This document shows positions 51,157 through 63,099 of a stretch of DNA of 64,000 bases, piece after piece. The stretch comes from Amphiscolops sp. MND2022 (Eukaryota): the NCBI GenBank assembly GCA_964187785.1, contig OZ076409.1, forward strand, positions 60,762,001-60,826,000. Reading direction: 5' to 3'. Made by a program: the position numbers and the translations under genes. A model generated the notes under the pieces. The model worked only from the letters and a program-made list of their open reading frames with translations. It was not told the DNA's origin and made no database searches. How positions within the stretch are numbered: the stretch's first letter is position 1; each line of letters opens with the position of its first letter.

Positions 51157-51354
51157 GTGAAGAATCGAAAGGAGAGTGGGTAGTGAATGTGTCCTATGAC
51201 CCTAATGTGATCCCGCAAAGTGGGAACAATAGCGATGACTTCAAGTGTGAGATCTCGTATGTGCAGTTAGTGCTCTACGGAACTAAAGAAAGACACGTCA
51301 ACCCCTCGAAGAGCAATCCCAAACTCGCTTCTGTTGGACGCGAAACATCTCTCG
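51157..51354 (+). CDS. Proprotein convertase exon completing the P domain
   Basis: ttcag|GT GAA; (G)EESKGEWVVNV...QLVLYGT matches furin WDEDPSGEWVLEI...LVLYGT. The 3' end at G|gtcagc is inferred; the frame stays open to a stop at 51530. Confidence 0.85.
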
Positions 51355-51579
51355 GTCAGCCATGTTCACATATTTTGACCCCAAGCACTGCTCACAGGGT
51401 TACTGTAGAAGTGAAAGAAAATTCCATCCACATGATAGTTTTTCCACAGAATTCAACTACCATAGAAGTATTTGGAGTATGTTCGAACTACTACAGAAAG
51501 AAATGTTTGTCGACCTTTTTTGAAAATTAGCCAAAAATTCCGAAAATGTTTTGGTGGTTAACTACGAAACAATTAGCTA

Positions 51580-51698
51580 CCCAGCCCAGCATGCTTTTTA
51601 AAGTTCAATGAAAAGTTTTCGGAAAACGCACCAGAAACCCCCCTTCCCCAAAAAACGTGTTCTCAATTTTCATTCAACTTTTTGAATGTTTAGTTGGG
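51580..51698. mobile_element. Short degenerate MITE
   Basis: CCCAGCCCAGCAT...AAAGTTCAATGAAAA versus reverse-complement end CCCAACTAAACAT...AAAGTTGAATGAAAA. Confidence 0.5.
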
Positions 51699-52529
51699 GA
51701 CTACTTAGCATACTTTCAAACATAGAAATCTGAAATGTTATTTATTTGAAAATGCCCCAAAACTCCAAAAAAGCTAAAGCAAATTTTTCAGTTTTTGACA
51801 ATTGTTGATGTTTTGTGGGTGTGAACATCCACAGAGTTTAACAGTACATTTGGCTACTTAACATACTTTTGTATGGAGAAATACTGAGTTTCATTTTAAA
51901 TAAAGCCTAAAATTCTGTGGTGTATCAAATCCAGAAAGTTGAAAACAGAATTAGTTACGTAGATGTTTTAAAATGAGAAATGATTCTTTTCAAAAAATTA
52001 TTGTGAACTGAAAATTACCCGTTTTCAATTTCCTACTGTTTAATGCAGTTTTTGTACCAATTTTGGTTGTTTTGGTAATACGGTTTCCTCAGAGTTGAAC
52101 AACACAAAATAGTTACGTAAGTATATTACAAAGGAGCCTGGAACGAAATGTGCCAAATAAGCCAAGAGGTTTTGAATTTTTGTGCGAGTTTCAAACGTTT
52201 TAAATGGCGTTTGGCATTTTGACCCTTCAATAATGGAATGAATCGATATCAGAAAAGTATCGTTTTTTTTGGAAAACATCCAGTGAAAAGACTGGCCTCA
52301 ATATTTTGATATTAGAACTTTAGGTTTTTAATGTGACATTTTGTTTTTGCCATATTCTGATAATATACAACATTCTGTTTAGAGGCTTAAATACTCAAAA
52401 GTACAAGTTATATTCGATGAAGGCCTTCTAACTTAACATGACTTTTACATGGTTGGAAACTGAATTTTTTGGAGAAAAATATTGAATTGTTGAAAGTACT
52501 GAAAAGACATTGACAATGTCTTGTTTTAG

Positions 52530-52598
52530 AAAACACAGCTATCAAAGAACAATTCAAGCACGACTCAAAAAACAATGAACTAATTGGAGAAATTGTCG
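52530..52598 (+). CDS. Candidate convertase C-terminal exon
   Basis: Strong acceptor ttgttttag and donor gtaagt; 69 nt open in phase 1-1: (E)NTAIKEQFKHDSKNNELIGEIV. Confidence 0.5.
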
Positions 52599-53487
52599 GT
52601 AAGTGAAACTATCATGACTCATTACCACACGATTTCCACTCTTGTTGCTAATGTGACTTTTTTAAAATTCAAATAAGAAGTCAAACATTGATTCCTCGCT
52701 TTTCAGTATATTTTTCAATTTTCACGAAGTACTGCTTGTTCGTTCTATTTTGAAATAGAATACTGTGCAGCCAAAAATTTCTGAGACCTTTGAAGTTTCT
52801 ATTAGAAGAATATTAATGTGCAGTGTTATGCGTTGTGAGCATACGGTTTTTTCTGCAGTTATGCAAATTTGACACTTATGCTCGAGACTAAACATAAAAT
52901 AGTTTTGAAAAATGTATATCACCTGGTTTGGAGATCATTATTCTTTGTTTGATGAAATTTGACTTCTTGTGTTGATTAATGTCAATTCGATGTTTAAACG
53001 TCTTTCATATTAAATTTCATTGGAGTTTTTTTATCGTATAGTAATTTTGATTATCTACAATGTCGCAGACTTTATTTCCATTTCGAAATTGCTGTGAGAA
53101 ATCTTATCATTTGAGATATTTGCCAACTCTGAGAACAAATTTTTCTTAGACTGTGAACTGGAAAAGTTCATTCCTAATCTTTTGATACGACTGACACTAC
53201 TGTATGAGTATTCAATTTCGCATTACAGTTTATCTATTTAATGGTTCATTTTTGTTTTGATATTTACAACAGGTAAAGTCTATTTTTTTCGCAAAAAATA
53301 TCTTTTCGTGTTATGGAACCCAACTCAGGAAAATGAATGAAAAGTGAAAATTTGGAAACATTTTCGTTTGTGTAATGAAACATTCAGTTCTTTTCCATTT
53401 TTCAGTGAAACATGTTTTAAGTGGCAATTATTGTTTGTAGTATTTATCAGTTATCTCAATTGATTTGATCTGGCCTTTGACTAAAAG

Positions 53488-53550
53488 TAGTCACCGCGTT
53501 GTTTCTATTACTCTTCCTTGTTCTCATTACCTCCTCGGCCGCTGTTTCCC
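53488..53550 (+). CDS. Candidate hydrophobic (transmembrane or signal-like) exon
   Basis: Phase 1-1: (V)VTALFLLLFLVLITSSAAVS; both splice sites (aaag or tag acceptor, gtaatg donor) are weak. Confidence 0.3.
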
Positions 53551-53869
53551 GTAATGACCATTTTTCATTGACAATATTTAAAAACCTGGCTAATCATACC
53601 GTACTGGTTGGAATTGAAGCCTCATCAATAGTGCTTTTAAAAAATTTAGTAACCGCACTCAAATCGAGTATACGGCATTCAGGCACAAACCTCAAACTTT
53701 CAAAATGACACAATTGTTTGCATGTGACAGATTCCAGCGACGATGGTATTTTTGAAAAGTGCTATATCTTCAAGAATTTTTGTATCTTCAACTAAACACA
53801 GTTTAAAAAGTTACATTGGAAGAATCACTTGGAAAAAAGCTGTAAAGAACCTTTTTGCCAAACACGACA

Positions 53870-54178
53870 CATTGAGATTTTTCGTCCATTCTGTCGCAAA
53901 TCATCAAAAAAATTGAAGGGGGACCCATTTGTCAAAAAAATTGGCAAGTCTCACAATGCCGAAAAAAACAAAGGGGGACCCTTTAGTCTCGTCCAGTTTT
54001 GTATGATACGCGGAAAAAAGGAAAAACCTTTTTGGTTCAGTTCGCTGGGCCAACAGGTACAATTTAAAAATTTTGTAGAATTTTTGGTAGAACTATTTTG
54101 GACATTTCAGGTGTATCGAAAAAAAACTGACGAAAAGCCATGACTATAGTCGACTCTTAAAAAAAGCACCGACTAAAA
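53870..54178 (-). mobile_element. HINE family 1, partial copy
   Basis: Closely resembles 34710-35036; ends AGTCGACTCTTAAAAAAAGCACCGACTAAAA. Confidence 0.65.
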
Positions 54179-54187
54179 GTTAATGAC

Positions 54188-54870
54188 AACAAGCCGGGAC
54201 CGGCCCAAGTCGGCGCCATATCCAAGGCTCAAAAATAGCAAAACGACTTCCAAGTGTCAAGTACTCTTTTACAGTACTCGAAAATCGAAATTTTTTGAAA
54301 AAAAATTTTTCGAAAAAATTACATACTCAAAAAAAATGGACCGAGTGGCGCGCCGGGGCTCGCTAGCGCGAGCCCCTGGCGCGCTAAAGTCTCACAATGC
54401 CGAAAAACTGAAAGGGAGGACCCTTTGAGGTTTTTCAACATCCATTCTGTCGCAAAACATGAAAAAATTGAAGAAAACAAAAATTTTCATTTTCGGGAAA
54501 AAATCTCACAATGCCGAAAAAAAACTGAAAGGGGGGACCCTTTGGGATTTTTCAACATCCATTCTGTCGCAAAACATCAAAAAAATGCAGGGGGACCCTT
54601 TGGGGAAAAAATTTTTTTTCGGAAAAAAAGTCTCGCAGTGCCGAAAAAAATGAAGGGGGGGAGTCTTTGGTCTCGCCCGGTATGGTTTGTTACGCGGAAA
54701 AACAGGAAAAACCTTTTTGGTTCAGTTCGCTAGACCAAATAGTGCATTTTGGACCAATAATATTTTGTAGAACTTTTAAGAACTATTTTGGTCAGTTCGT
54801 GTGGATTGAAAAAAAAAAAGAAAAGTCACTATAATAGTCGCGTTTCACTTCATGAAGCGCCGACTAAAAA
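54188..54870 (-). mobile_element. HINE family 1, full copy with GC-rich internal hairpin
   Basis: AACAAGCCGGGACCGGCCCAAGTCGGCGCC ... CTTCATGAAGCGCCGACTAAAAA. Confidence 0.8.
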
Positions 54871-55000
54871 TTATGGTAAAATTAGCAAATCATCTCGCAT
54901 TTTTCGGATAGAATACAATTTTAAAGGAATAGACCTAAGGTTTTCAAAGGAATATTTGTTTCTGTGTATGGAAATGAAAAAAAGTGGTCATGTGTTGAAG

Positions 55001-55153
55001 ACAAGCAGATGGGCAAGCGAGAGGAGGCGGCCGAAGGCATGAGTGAGAAGAACATGGGGGGATACAGTGAGTTCAGAGACCCCTACGAGGGAAAGATCTC
55101 CGCCAGTGGACACAGCCCCAGGGTCCACACCAAGAAGTCAAACACCGCCAGGG
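55001..55153 (+). CDS. Exon encoding KR-preceded peptide repeat 1 (probable convertase C-terminal tail)
   Basis: GC-rich island with gaag| acceptor and G|gtgagt donor, phase 1-1: (D)KQMGKREEAAEGMSEKNMGGYSEFRDPYEGKISASGHSPRVHTKKSNTAR. Confidence 0.75.
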
Positions 55154-57041
55154 GTGAGTTGCAACTCGTAGAATGATTTGCTTTGAACTAACAACGCTGT
55201 CTTTGTATTGGGTGGATAATCTGTTGATGGTTTTCGGATATCGGATCATGACTAAAACATGACTGATATGAGGAATTAGCTCGATATAACTTGTAAAGGT
55301 TGTAAAGAATGCGCACTCCAGCTTGTGCGTTGTTAAAAATCTGTCCTAAAATGTTAGTGGACATCCTTAACATGATCCGGAAACTGCGACGTAAGAAAAT
55401 GCCTAAAAGGGAATATCCTTCGAAAGGTTCTGTTTCAGTGTCTTGATTTTTGATTGTCAATCAGATTTGGTTGTAAAACTCTTGTTTCTGAAACAATTGA
55501 TGTTCCCTGCAGAAGGAGGCGACCTCGATGTTGTTAAGAAGGAGTTGTTTATAGTTTTAAGTGTTTGTTATAAATAATGCAAAAATTGTCTGTAATGTCA
55601 AGTTCAATTTTCATCTCAGAACATCGAAGAGAACGAACAAGATCGTGAGTTTTTGTTTTACTGAGTTTTCTATCACATCTGGTAATATCAAACTAATCGA
55701 ATGAATGACTGTTTATTATTAATTCAGGTATATTATTGAAACCTCAAGATGTCAACTTTTTTCAGTAAAATTCTCGTCGCGATACTGAAAAATTAGATAT
55801 TTTGTTGCAGTGACTATAAGCGTGAGAATTAAATTTCTCCAGCTGCCGACGACATTTCAATTCTCGTGCGATGGAACGAGCGAGTGGTAATTATGCATTC
55901 GTACGCTGACGTCATTGAGATGAAGCGAGTGAATGTTCGGAATTATGCTTTCGTGCGCCGAGTTATTGAGATGAAGCGAACGAGTGTTTATTATTCGTTC
56001 GCCGAGAGCTTTGCCTGCATTCAAATGAGAATGCGAAACTTCGTCTACGCTTAGTAGTTATATTTGCTTTAGTCCGGGATTTAAAGGCGGTATAAACTGG
56101 TACAGTGATTAATTGTGCGCTAAATAATGATTAAACAGGAGTGTATTGGTATTCCAGATATGATTAAATTATTAATGAAAGATTAAAACAGAAATAATAG
56201 TTTGACCCGGAGGGGCCTATTTTCGAAAATTTTGCACAGCTATTATGCACCTAAAGGTGCTCCTGCTCGCGCAATGACATCAGGCATTTTTCGATCTCTC
56301 AAAAACTGTCAATGCGACTGGAACGAAATTTTCTACAGTCATTCTGCACCATATTAGAGTCTTATATGTGCAATGGCATCAAAATCGTATCGCTGGGATC
56401 TAAGAAACAAAGCATAAAATAGTCCAAAAATGACCAAAAAACAGCCAATTTTGGACTTTCGATTTTCTCAAATACTCTTTACCGCTTGAAAGAACGTTTA
56501 TGGAGTCTTCCTTCACCATTATAAGTGCTTAATATGTACAATTTCATCAAATTTGTATGACTGGGACTTGAGCGAATCAGAAGGGCGGCTCTTGTTTGGT
56601 ACCCTCATGTATTTCGAGCCGCGATATTGTGATAGCTTTTAACGTGATTTTGTTTACTTTTAAAAACTCTAATTCATGCCAGCTGTTATTATTAGCTAAA
56701 TATCTTTTTTGTTTTACAATAATTACATTTTTCGACACCACAATGTTTTTATATGTTTAACACTGGTCTTGAGGTTGCTACTGTTCTGTTTTCACGATCT
56801 TCAACAATGTCTGTTGATTGACACTTAAAAGTATCTTCAAAGCTGTTTTCATGAAAATCTAACAGTGCGCTGTATTCCAACAAAGTAATTTCTTGATTGA
56901 CGCCCAGTAATACTAAAAATTATTGTTGCACCAGATTAACTGGGAAGTAACTTCTGCTTTCTCAAATGGTAAAAGGGGGGATTGAAAATGAAGTGCTGTG
57001 AAGCTTGTTTTTTTTCACTTGCATGTTTTTGTCTTTTTTAG

Positions 57042-57202
57042 ATTCCTGGGTCAAACGCGATTTTGATTGGCTGTCTTCTGAGCCAATGGGAGGACTGGAA
57101 GACTTCAAAGATCCCCGTGAAGGAAGACCTTATCTAAGTGGGTTTCAACCCCGACTATCCAAAACCCTCAGATCACTTACCAGAAAAAGCAATGAGCATT
57201 AA
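57042..57202 (+). CDS. Terminal exon encoding KR-preceded peptide repeat 2
   Basis: Polypyrimidine tract + tag, phase 1: SWVKRDFDWLSSEPMGGLEDFKDPREGRPYLSGFQPRLSKTLRSLTRKSNEH*; paralogous to 55001-55153. Confidence 0.75.
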
Positions 57203-58051
57203 AAATAGCCCAGACTGTCACGTGCTCGGTAATATAAATTGGTTACTGTGATACATAGGCTTTATTCCACTTGCACCAGGGTGGAAGCTCACCAAAATTG
57301 GAATTTTTGGAATGTCGTAAAAACTCTATTTTGTCAGATAGAATCAACTAAAATTTGTTAACTTTATTAGTTTCCAATACCGCTACAAGATTGGTGCCTC
57401 AATATTTTACCTCTAGAGTAATATAAAATGTATTTTTCAAACTAAAAGCTGCGATTTTACTTTCTCTTGTCTGATGCATTTTTTGGGAGTAAATAATTTT
57501 GTGAAAAGTTCAAAAATTGTGTTAGTTCTACTGTGGTGCAGCCTGTCGGTGTCTTGACTTGTGATGCAGTATTTTCTCCCTTATTCGAAGAAACCCGCTT
57601 GGATCTTTCGCTCCCCCATTCCCCTTCGAAAGGTTAACGTTTCTGTGATTGGGCTCTTGCTTTTTCCTATGAATGAATTGAATTGATTAAATCGCGGGTG
57701 AAATAATTTGCTGCATATATTTTTAATATTTTATTTTATCAGAAGTCTGTAAAACTTCTAGAACTGCTAATCGGGCCGCTTTAAAACGGGGCTCTGAAAG
57801 GTGTAGTACTGTTTTAACAAGCTAATAGAACGCGTGGTGCATAGCTAGTTGTATCTAATGGGTAACTAATGATGAATTTGCAGAAAAAAATTGTAAATAG
57901 CATAAACTTGATATTATGTCGGTATAAAAAGTTGCAAGAGACGTTATGCTTGGCTCTTTCTTTTCATCTCACAGTTAGGATTCCACTGAGCGCAATTTTG
58001 GGCAATATTTTGCTATTTGTATTCCCTAAAGTGACACTTGTGTGTAGAGCA

Positions 58052-58490
58052 TTGCATAATTTGCTTCCGTTGAGAAGTTGAATTAGCATTTTTATTCCTC
58101 TTCCCAATTAGTCTTTATTTTATCGCTTCTCCCTTTGCCTCTCAGCCAATCACAATTGAGCTTCAATCCCCGCATCCTATCAGATCGCTGCTCAATTTCA
58201 CCGGCCTCCATTGCGCTGTCAGTTAGTTGATACTTTTTATTGCCAAAGTGGAAGCTCAACAGCTTCAATTTACCTGTCTCCTTTTTGTATTTTCAACTCC
58301 AAATCTTCAAATCCATTCATTTTTCACTTTTTTCCACACATCTTTGCTTCTACTCTTTTCATCTGATTCATTGAAGCATTCAATCCTGCTTGTACCTTGT
58401 GTGTACTTTTGCTGCCACTTGTGAAGTTGCAAAAAGTGTAAAACCGCTCGGAGGTAATAAGTTATCTCAACTATCTTCTCAGTTATAAAA
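58052..58490 (+). promoter_or_regulatory. Candidate POU3 proximal promoter
   Basis: CCAAT box AGCCAATCA (58144-58152), TATAAAA (58484-58490), POU-like sites TTGCATAATTTGC (58052-58064) and AATTAGCAT (58081-58089); motif matches only. Confidence 0.35.
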
Positions 58491-58543
58491 AACAGCTGCT
58501 TAATCTGATAGTTAGCTCCAAGTTAACTTGAGACTAACTAGCC

Positions 58544-60541
58544 ATGGTCATAACAGTGGCTTCACAGGAATCGCAAGACATCATAAACCAGTTAGGGCCA
58601 ACGGGACCTGGGGTTACAGCCTCCCAATGTTCCCCCTCTCAGTTTGTTCCATCAGCCGGCGGTGCTCCTGGAAACTGCAACAACGTGGCTACCGCGGCGG
58701 CTGTTGCTGCCAATGTCCTGTCGTCAAACTCTTACAACGAATCATCTGCTTCTGCCTTGTCATCTTATTGTACAACTTCTGCTGATTACCCTTCTGCCTA
58801 TCTTCACGCTCAATCGCAATCACCCCCTTCGGGCGTTGCCGCTCATTCCCAGATGCATTGCCCTATTCCACCTGGGGTTTCAGTCGCGGCGGCGGCGGCT
58901 AACCCCATACATGCAATCGGGTCTCCTGCTGTGATACCTTCCGCTAACTCCAACCCGTATCTATATGGTAAAGACGGAGGCATCGCTTTGTCCACATCTG
59001 CTTACCCCACTTGTGTGAGCCCGCCACCTCTGAGTGGTGGCACACCTTGGTTGTTGTCAGCTGAGAATGCGTGTTCTTGGGGAGCCGCTGCAAACGCCTT
59101 CTCACCCTACCAGAGCAGTCAGTGTTTAATGCAAAATGGGTGTTTCTTTCCCAATGTTGCAGGCGGTCCAAGCCTGTATGCCCAAAACGCAGCAGCTCTG
59201 AACCCGGCGGGGATAACCAGCCCAAACTCGTGGAGCCATATAGCGGCCGCAGGAACCAATGCCTTCAGTGGATACATGACACCCTCAAGATTAGACTCAC
59301 CTCCTCCGAACATAGCGCCCACTTACCCGTTAGCAGGTACCCCAACAATTCACAACTATTACGCAGCAGCTGCAGTTGCCCACGCAAACCCAATTCTTTA
59401 CGGGCGGGATCCCGATAGTCTTCTGGATTGTATGGAACGGGAATGCGAAGAAACTCCTTCAAATGATGATTTGGAACAGTTTGCAAAACAGTTCAAGCAG
59501 AGGCGTATAAAACTGGGCTTCACCCAAGCTGATGTTGGACTGGCTTTGGGCACCTTATATGGAAACGTGTTCAGCCAAACTACAATTTGTAGATTCGAGG
59601 CGTTGCAGTTGAGTTTCAAAAACATGTGCAAACTGAAGCCTCTGCTAACAAAGTGGCTGGAGGAGGCTGAGAATAACAATGGTTGTCCAAGTGCACTTGA
59701 TAAAATCGCAGCACAGGGTCGAAAGAGAAAAAAACGAACTTCGATTGAGGTTTCAATCAAAAACGCTTTAGAACACAACTTTCAGATTCAACCCAAACCC
59801 TCAGCCCATGAAATATCAACCTTGGCTAATAACTTGCAGCTTGAAAAAGAAGTGGTGAGAGTTTGGTTCTGTAACAGACGACAAAAGGAAAAACGAATGA
59901 CTGGAAATTACCTGGAAGATGGAACCCAAAAACATGGAGAAATGGAATCTAATGATACCGAAGATTGTGGCAGTAGCAGTAGCGGCGAGGAGGACGAAAA
60001 CCATAATGATGACTGCAGTGACATGGAAAGCAAAAGGTATTCATCCTGTCATCCTCTAAAACAGCAGCCGGACATTGGCAAAATTTACCCAGACGATGAC
60101 TTACCCTGTCGATTCTCGAAACACAGTTTGGAACTCGCTGATTCCTCTAATGATATCAATGACGGCGCAGGAAACGGTGGCAGTAAATGTGAGATCCCTT
60201 TGGGTAGTTATTGCAACCCTCAATCAGTAGAGGCCTCGCAAAACCCCCCACCCGGATCTCGCCAGATGAAATCACCTGGACCTCTCACCCCCAATACCCC
60301 AGTAGGGGGTCTTTCTATTCCCCCTGGAAGCGTTGCCCAACCTCATAACAGTCAACTCAGTCTGTTTTGCCCCTCTCTGGGTTACAGGAAAGAGCAACCG
60401 CCTCTAAACCACGCGTCTTTCTCGATTGCAGACTTTCACGCAGAAAAGGAACGCCTCATGCTGCAGCATTTGCACACAGAGTCAAGAAACTCGCTCGGAT
60501 GTAATTCTATTAACTATAGCTTCACTCCTAATTGCAGTTAA
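58544..60541 (+). CDS. POU3: Class III POU-domain homeobox transcription factor (Brn1/2/4, Oct6, vvl family), single coding exon, 665 aa
   Basis: POU-specific domain [60 protein letters not shown], class III linker [17 protein letters not shown] and homeodomain [17 protein letters not shown]; Ala/Pro/Ser-rich N-terminus. Confidence 0.98.
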   Translation: MVITVASQESQDIINQLGPTGPGVTASQCSPSQFVPSAGGAPGNCNNVATAAAVAANVLSSNSYNESSASALSSYCTTSADYPSAYLHAQSQSPPSGVAAHSQMHCPIPPGVSVAAAAANPIHAIGSPAVIPSANSNPYLYGKDGGIALSTSAYPTCVSPPPLSGGTPWLLSAENACSWGAAANAFSPYQSSQCLMQNGCFFPNVAGGPSLYAQNAAALNPAGITSPNSWSHIAAAGTNAFSGYMTPSRLDSPPPNIAPTYPLAGTPTIHNYYAAAAVAHANPILYGRDPDSLLDCMERECEETPSNDDLEQFAKQFKQRRIKLGFTQADVGLALGTLYGNVFSQTTICRFEALQLSFKNMCKLKPLLTKWLEEAENNNGCPSALDKIAAQGRKRKKRTSIEVSIKNALEHNFQIQPKPSAHEISTLANNLQLEKEVVRVWFCNRRQKEKRMTGNYLEDGTQKHGEMESNDTEDCGSSSSGEEDENHNDDCSDMESKRYSSCHPLKQQPDIGKIYPDDDLPCRFSKHSLELADSSNDINDGAGNGGSKCEIPLGSYCNPQSVEASQNPPPGSRQMKSPGPLTPNTPVGGLSIPPGSVAQPHNSQLSLFCPSLGYRKEQPPLNHASFSIADFHAEKERLMLQHLHTESRNSLGCNSINYSFTPNCS

Positions 60542-61201
60542 TTGTTCACTAACTTTTAAGACAAAAGTTCATGAAAAGATAAATATATTGATGATCTACG
60601 TAAATATGCCAATTTAATTGAAATATAGTTTTATATTTCCCCAGATAAATAATTTGACCCCGTTTTGAATTAAATGTTCTTTCGGAAAATTTCACTATAC
60701 GTAAAAATATTCGTGAGGTATTTGTTTTCCCAGAAACTTTGTTACTAGCTGTATCTATTTTGATCTATAAGAATCACTTCTGTCTAAATTCAACCCGGAA
60801 AGCTTAAGTCGGCGCTTCACGAAAAGGTTGAATTAATGCAAACAAAACAAGGATTCACCCTGGTCTCTTATTCATCGACATTGATTAAATTCGAACTAAA
60901 AGCGAACTAATTACTGTTTGAAACTCATTTTCGCTAATTCATTTCATTCAAGTTTCCGCGTCAAATTTTACCTGCTTGAAAAACCTTAGTTGACATTTCA
61001 CCTTCAAAATGATTGATCATTAGAGGATCGATCCACGAACGCCACTGCACCCCCACCCACGATGAAACAGTTGCATTTTACTATCTTTATCAAGATTTCC
61101 AATGACATTATTATTAGCGAAGAGGAGTTAAATGCATGAGCCCGCTATGTGTTTTTTCGTGTCTGATATTTAGGGCGGAGTTTTTGATTGAAGAAAAGTA
61201 T

Positions 61202-61710
61202 AACAAGCCGGGAACGGCCAAAGTCGGCGCTGTATCTAAGGCTCAAAAAGCGCGAAGTTTTTAAAATTGTAAAGGGGGGACCCTTTGGGTTTTTTGAAAC
61301 TCCAGTTGTTGCAAAATAAAAAAAATGATGGGGACCCTTTGGAGACTTTAAAAAAATTTGTACAGTGTCACAGTGCCGAAAAATGTAAGACGGGGGATCC
61401 TTTGGGATTTTTTAGCATCCATTCTGTTGCAAAATGTCGAAACAAATGAAGTGGGCACTCTTTGGTGCAATCCAAAAATTTTCAAAAAAGTCGCGTAGTC
61501 CCGAAAAAATCTAAGTGAAAAACACCAAGATAGCCAAAGGGGATCCTTAGTATGTTTTCGAGGTTCTGGACGTCGGTTTTGTTTTTTCTTTTCATTTTGG
61601 ACGAGCTGAGGTTTCGAGTGTTTTGAACCTCAGTTCAGGTTGAACAAATAAACAAAAAAGTGGAGCTTATTCGTCTAAAAATACCCACTGTAAGAATCGG
61701 GCACTAAAAA
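61202..61710 (-). mobile_element. HINE family 1 copy with collapsed terminal hairpin
   Basis: AACAAGCCGGGAACGGCCAAAGTCGGCGC at left; right end AATCGGGCACTAAAAA lacks the hairpin interior. Confidence 0.7.
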
Positions 61711-63099
61711 TTACTAATCGGAATCTTAAAGCGGTATTCAATCAAATAGCTATATCGAAAGTTTCAAAACATTATATTGCCAATTATCAAAAATTTTAAC
61801 TGTGTTTATTATGGCAGCAGTCTGGGAATGTCGAAAGTCAGTGCCTCGCTTGATTTTGAAAATTGCTGTGCTGAATCTTACTTCAAGGCTGTGGCATTTT
61901 TACGGAATTGTTTTCTGTTCCAAGTTCTAAAGAGCGCTAAACGAGACCAAAAGGTCCTCACTTCAAGTTTTTCATATGATCTACCAAACTACATGAAACC
62001 GAAGGTCCCTCTATTTTTTGACCGTTCAAATCAAAAACTTTTAGACCACATGGACATTTTTTGGCATTGACGTTCTTACATAACAGCAAGTTTGAAAAGA
62101 TCTCGCACTTTTTGAAATTTGAGGTGTGCGCCGACTTGAGGTGATCCCATCTTGGTTGCCAATGTACTAAACAGGTCTCCAAAACAAATTTATAAGCCGC
62201 ACGCATCTATTAGTTGCTGCTGAAAATGAAATTTTAAAAACGAAATAAATTTTCATCAAATAAAGATCGGTGTTCGGTTTGCTTCCTGCTAAAAACTCTT
62301 CAATTTCGACCTTTGAATAGAGCGCTGGCTTGAGTCAATCCTGTTCGTTTTGACCTTGAGATTTTTTCTGATGAAAACGATATTTTAGCAATACGAATAC
62401 TTAACTTCCAATCAGCGTTTTATGGAACATAACGCTGTTATTGTGTTTTAAGTCGATTCTATTTTACCAACAGTCGGTTGTTTACCAAATGCACTGTTTA
62501 CCTTAAGCTTATCCACAGAGTTCAACCACAAAAATACCATCATAGCATTTTGGTGGTCCCAAAACCTAAAAAGGCAGATTTAAATTTCGACACTTGAGGC
62601 AGATTTTGTGGGCAAAGTCAGAAAGCTTTAGTGGATATGATAATCACAGAGATCAGCGACAGAACAAATATTAGCTACTGAGCATACATTAGTAAAGATG
62701 TTTTCAAAAGAAACTTAAATATTCTAAAATAAGGACAATTTCTAAACTTGACCACGTTGATTTAACCTGGACCATATGAAACGAATGGCGTAGTGGCACC
62801 GATTTTGTATACTTTTACGGCAATTTTCCAACGGGTGACCTTTCAGGGGAAAAACTCGACTAAAATGTCACAAAAACCCGAATTCGTGTTTTTCGGGAAA
62901 ATTGTGTTTTAAAAAACTCAATGCCGAGTTTACCTAGAGGCGTGACTCTTCGGTCTCAAAAACTGCGGTTTTTAATCAGAAGATCAAAAACCGAAGTAGC
63001 GAAACTTTCCACTAAAGTGAAATTTTTTAAGTATAGAAAAACAACATTTCTACTCGACCAAAACTAACCAACGAGGTCTTTTCCATAAGACTCGGGGAA

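Noticed and set aside
53499..53708. ORF-track entry as a standalone secreted protein
   Set aside because: It starts at TTG with an in-frame TGA just upstream; it can be coding only as an internal exon.
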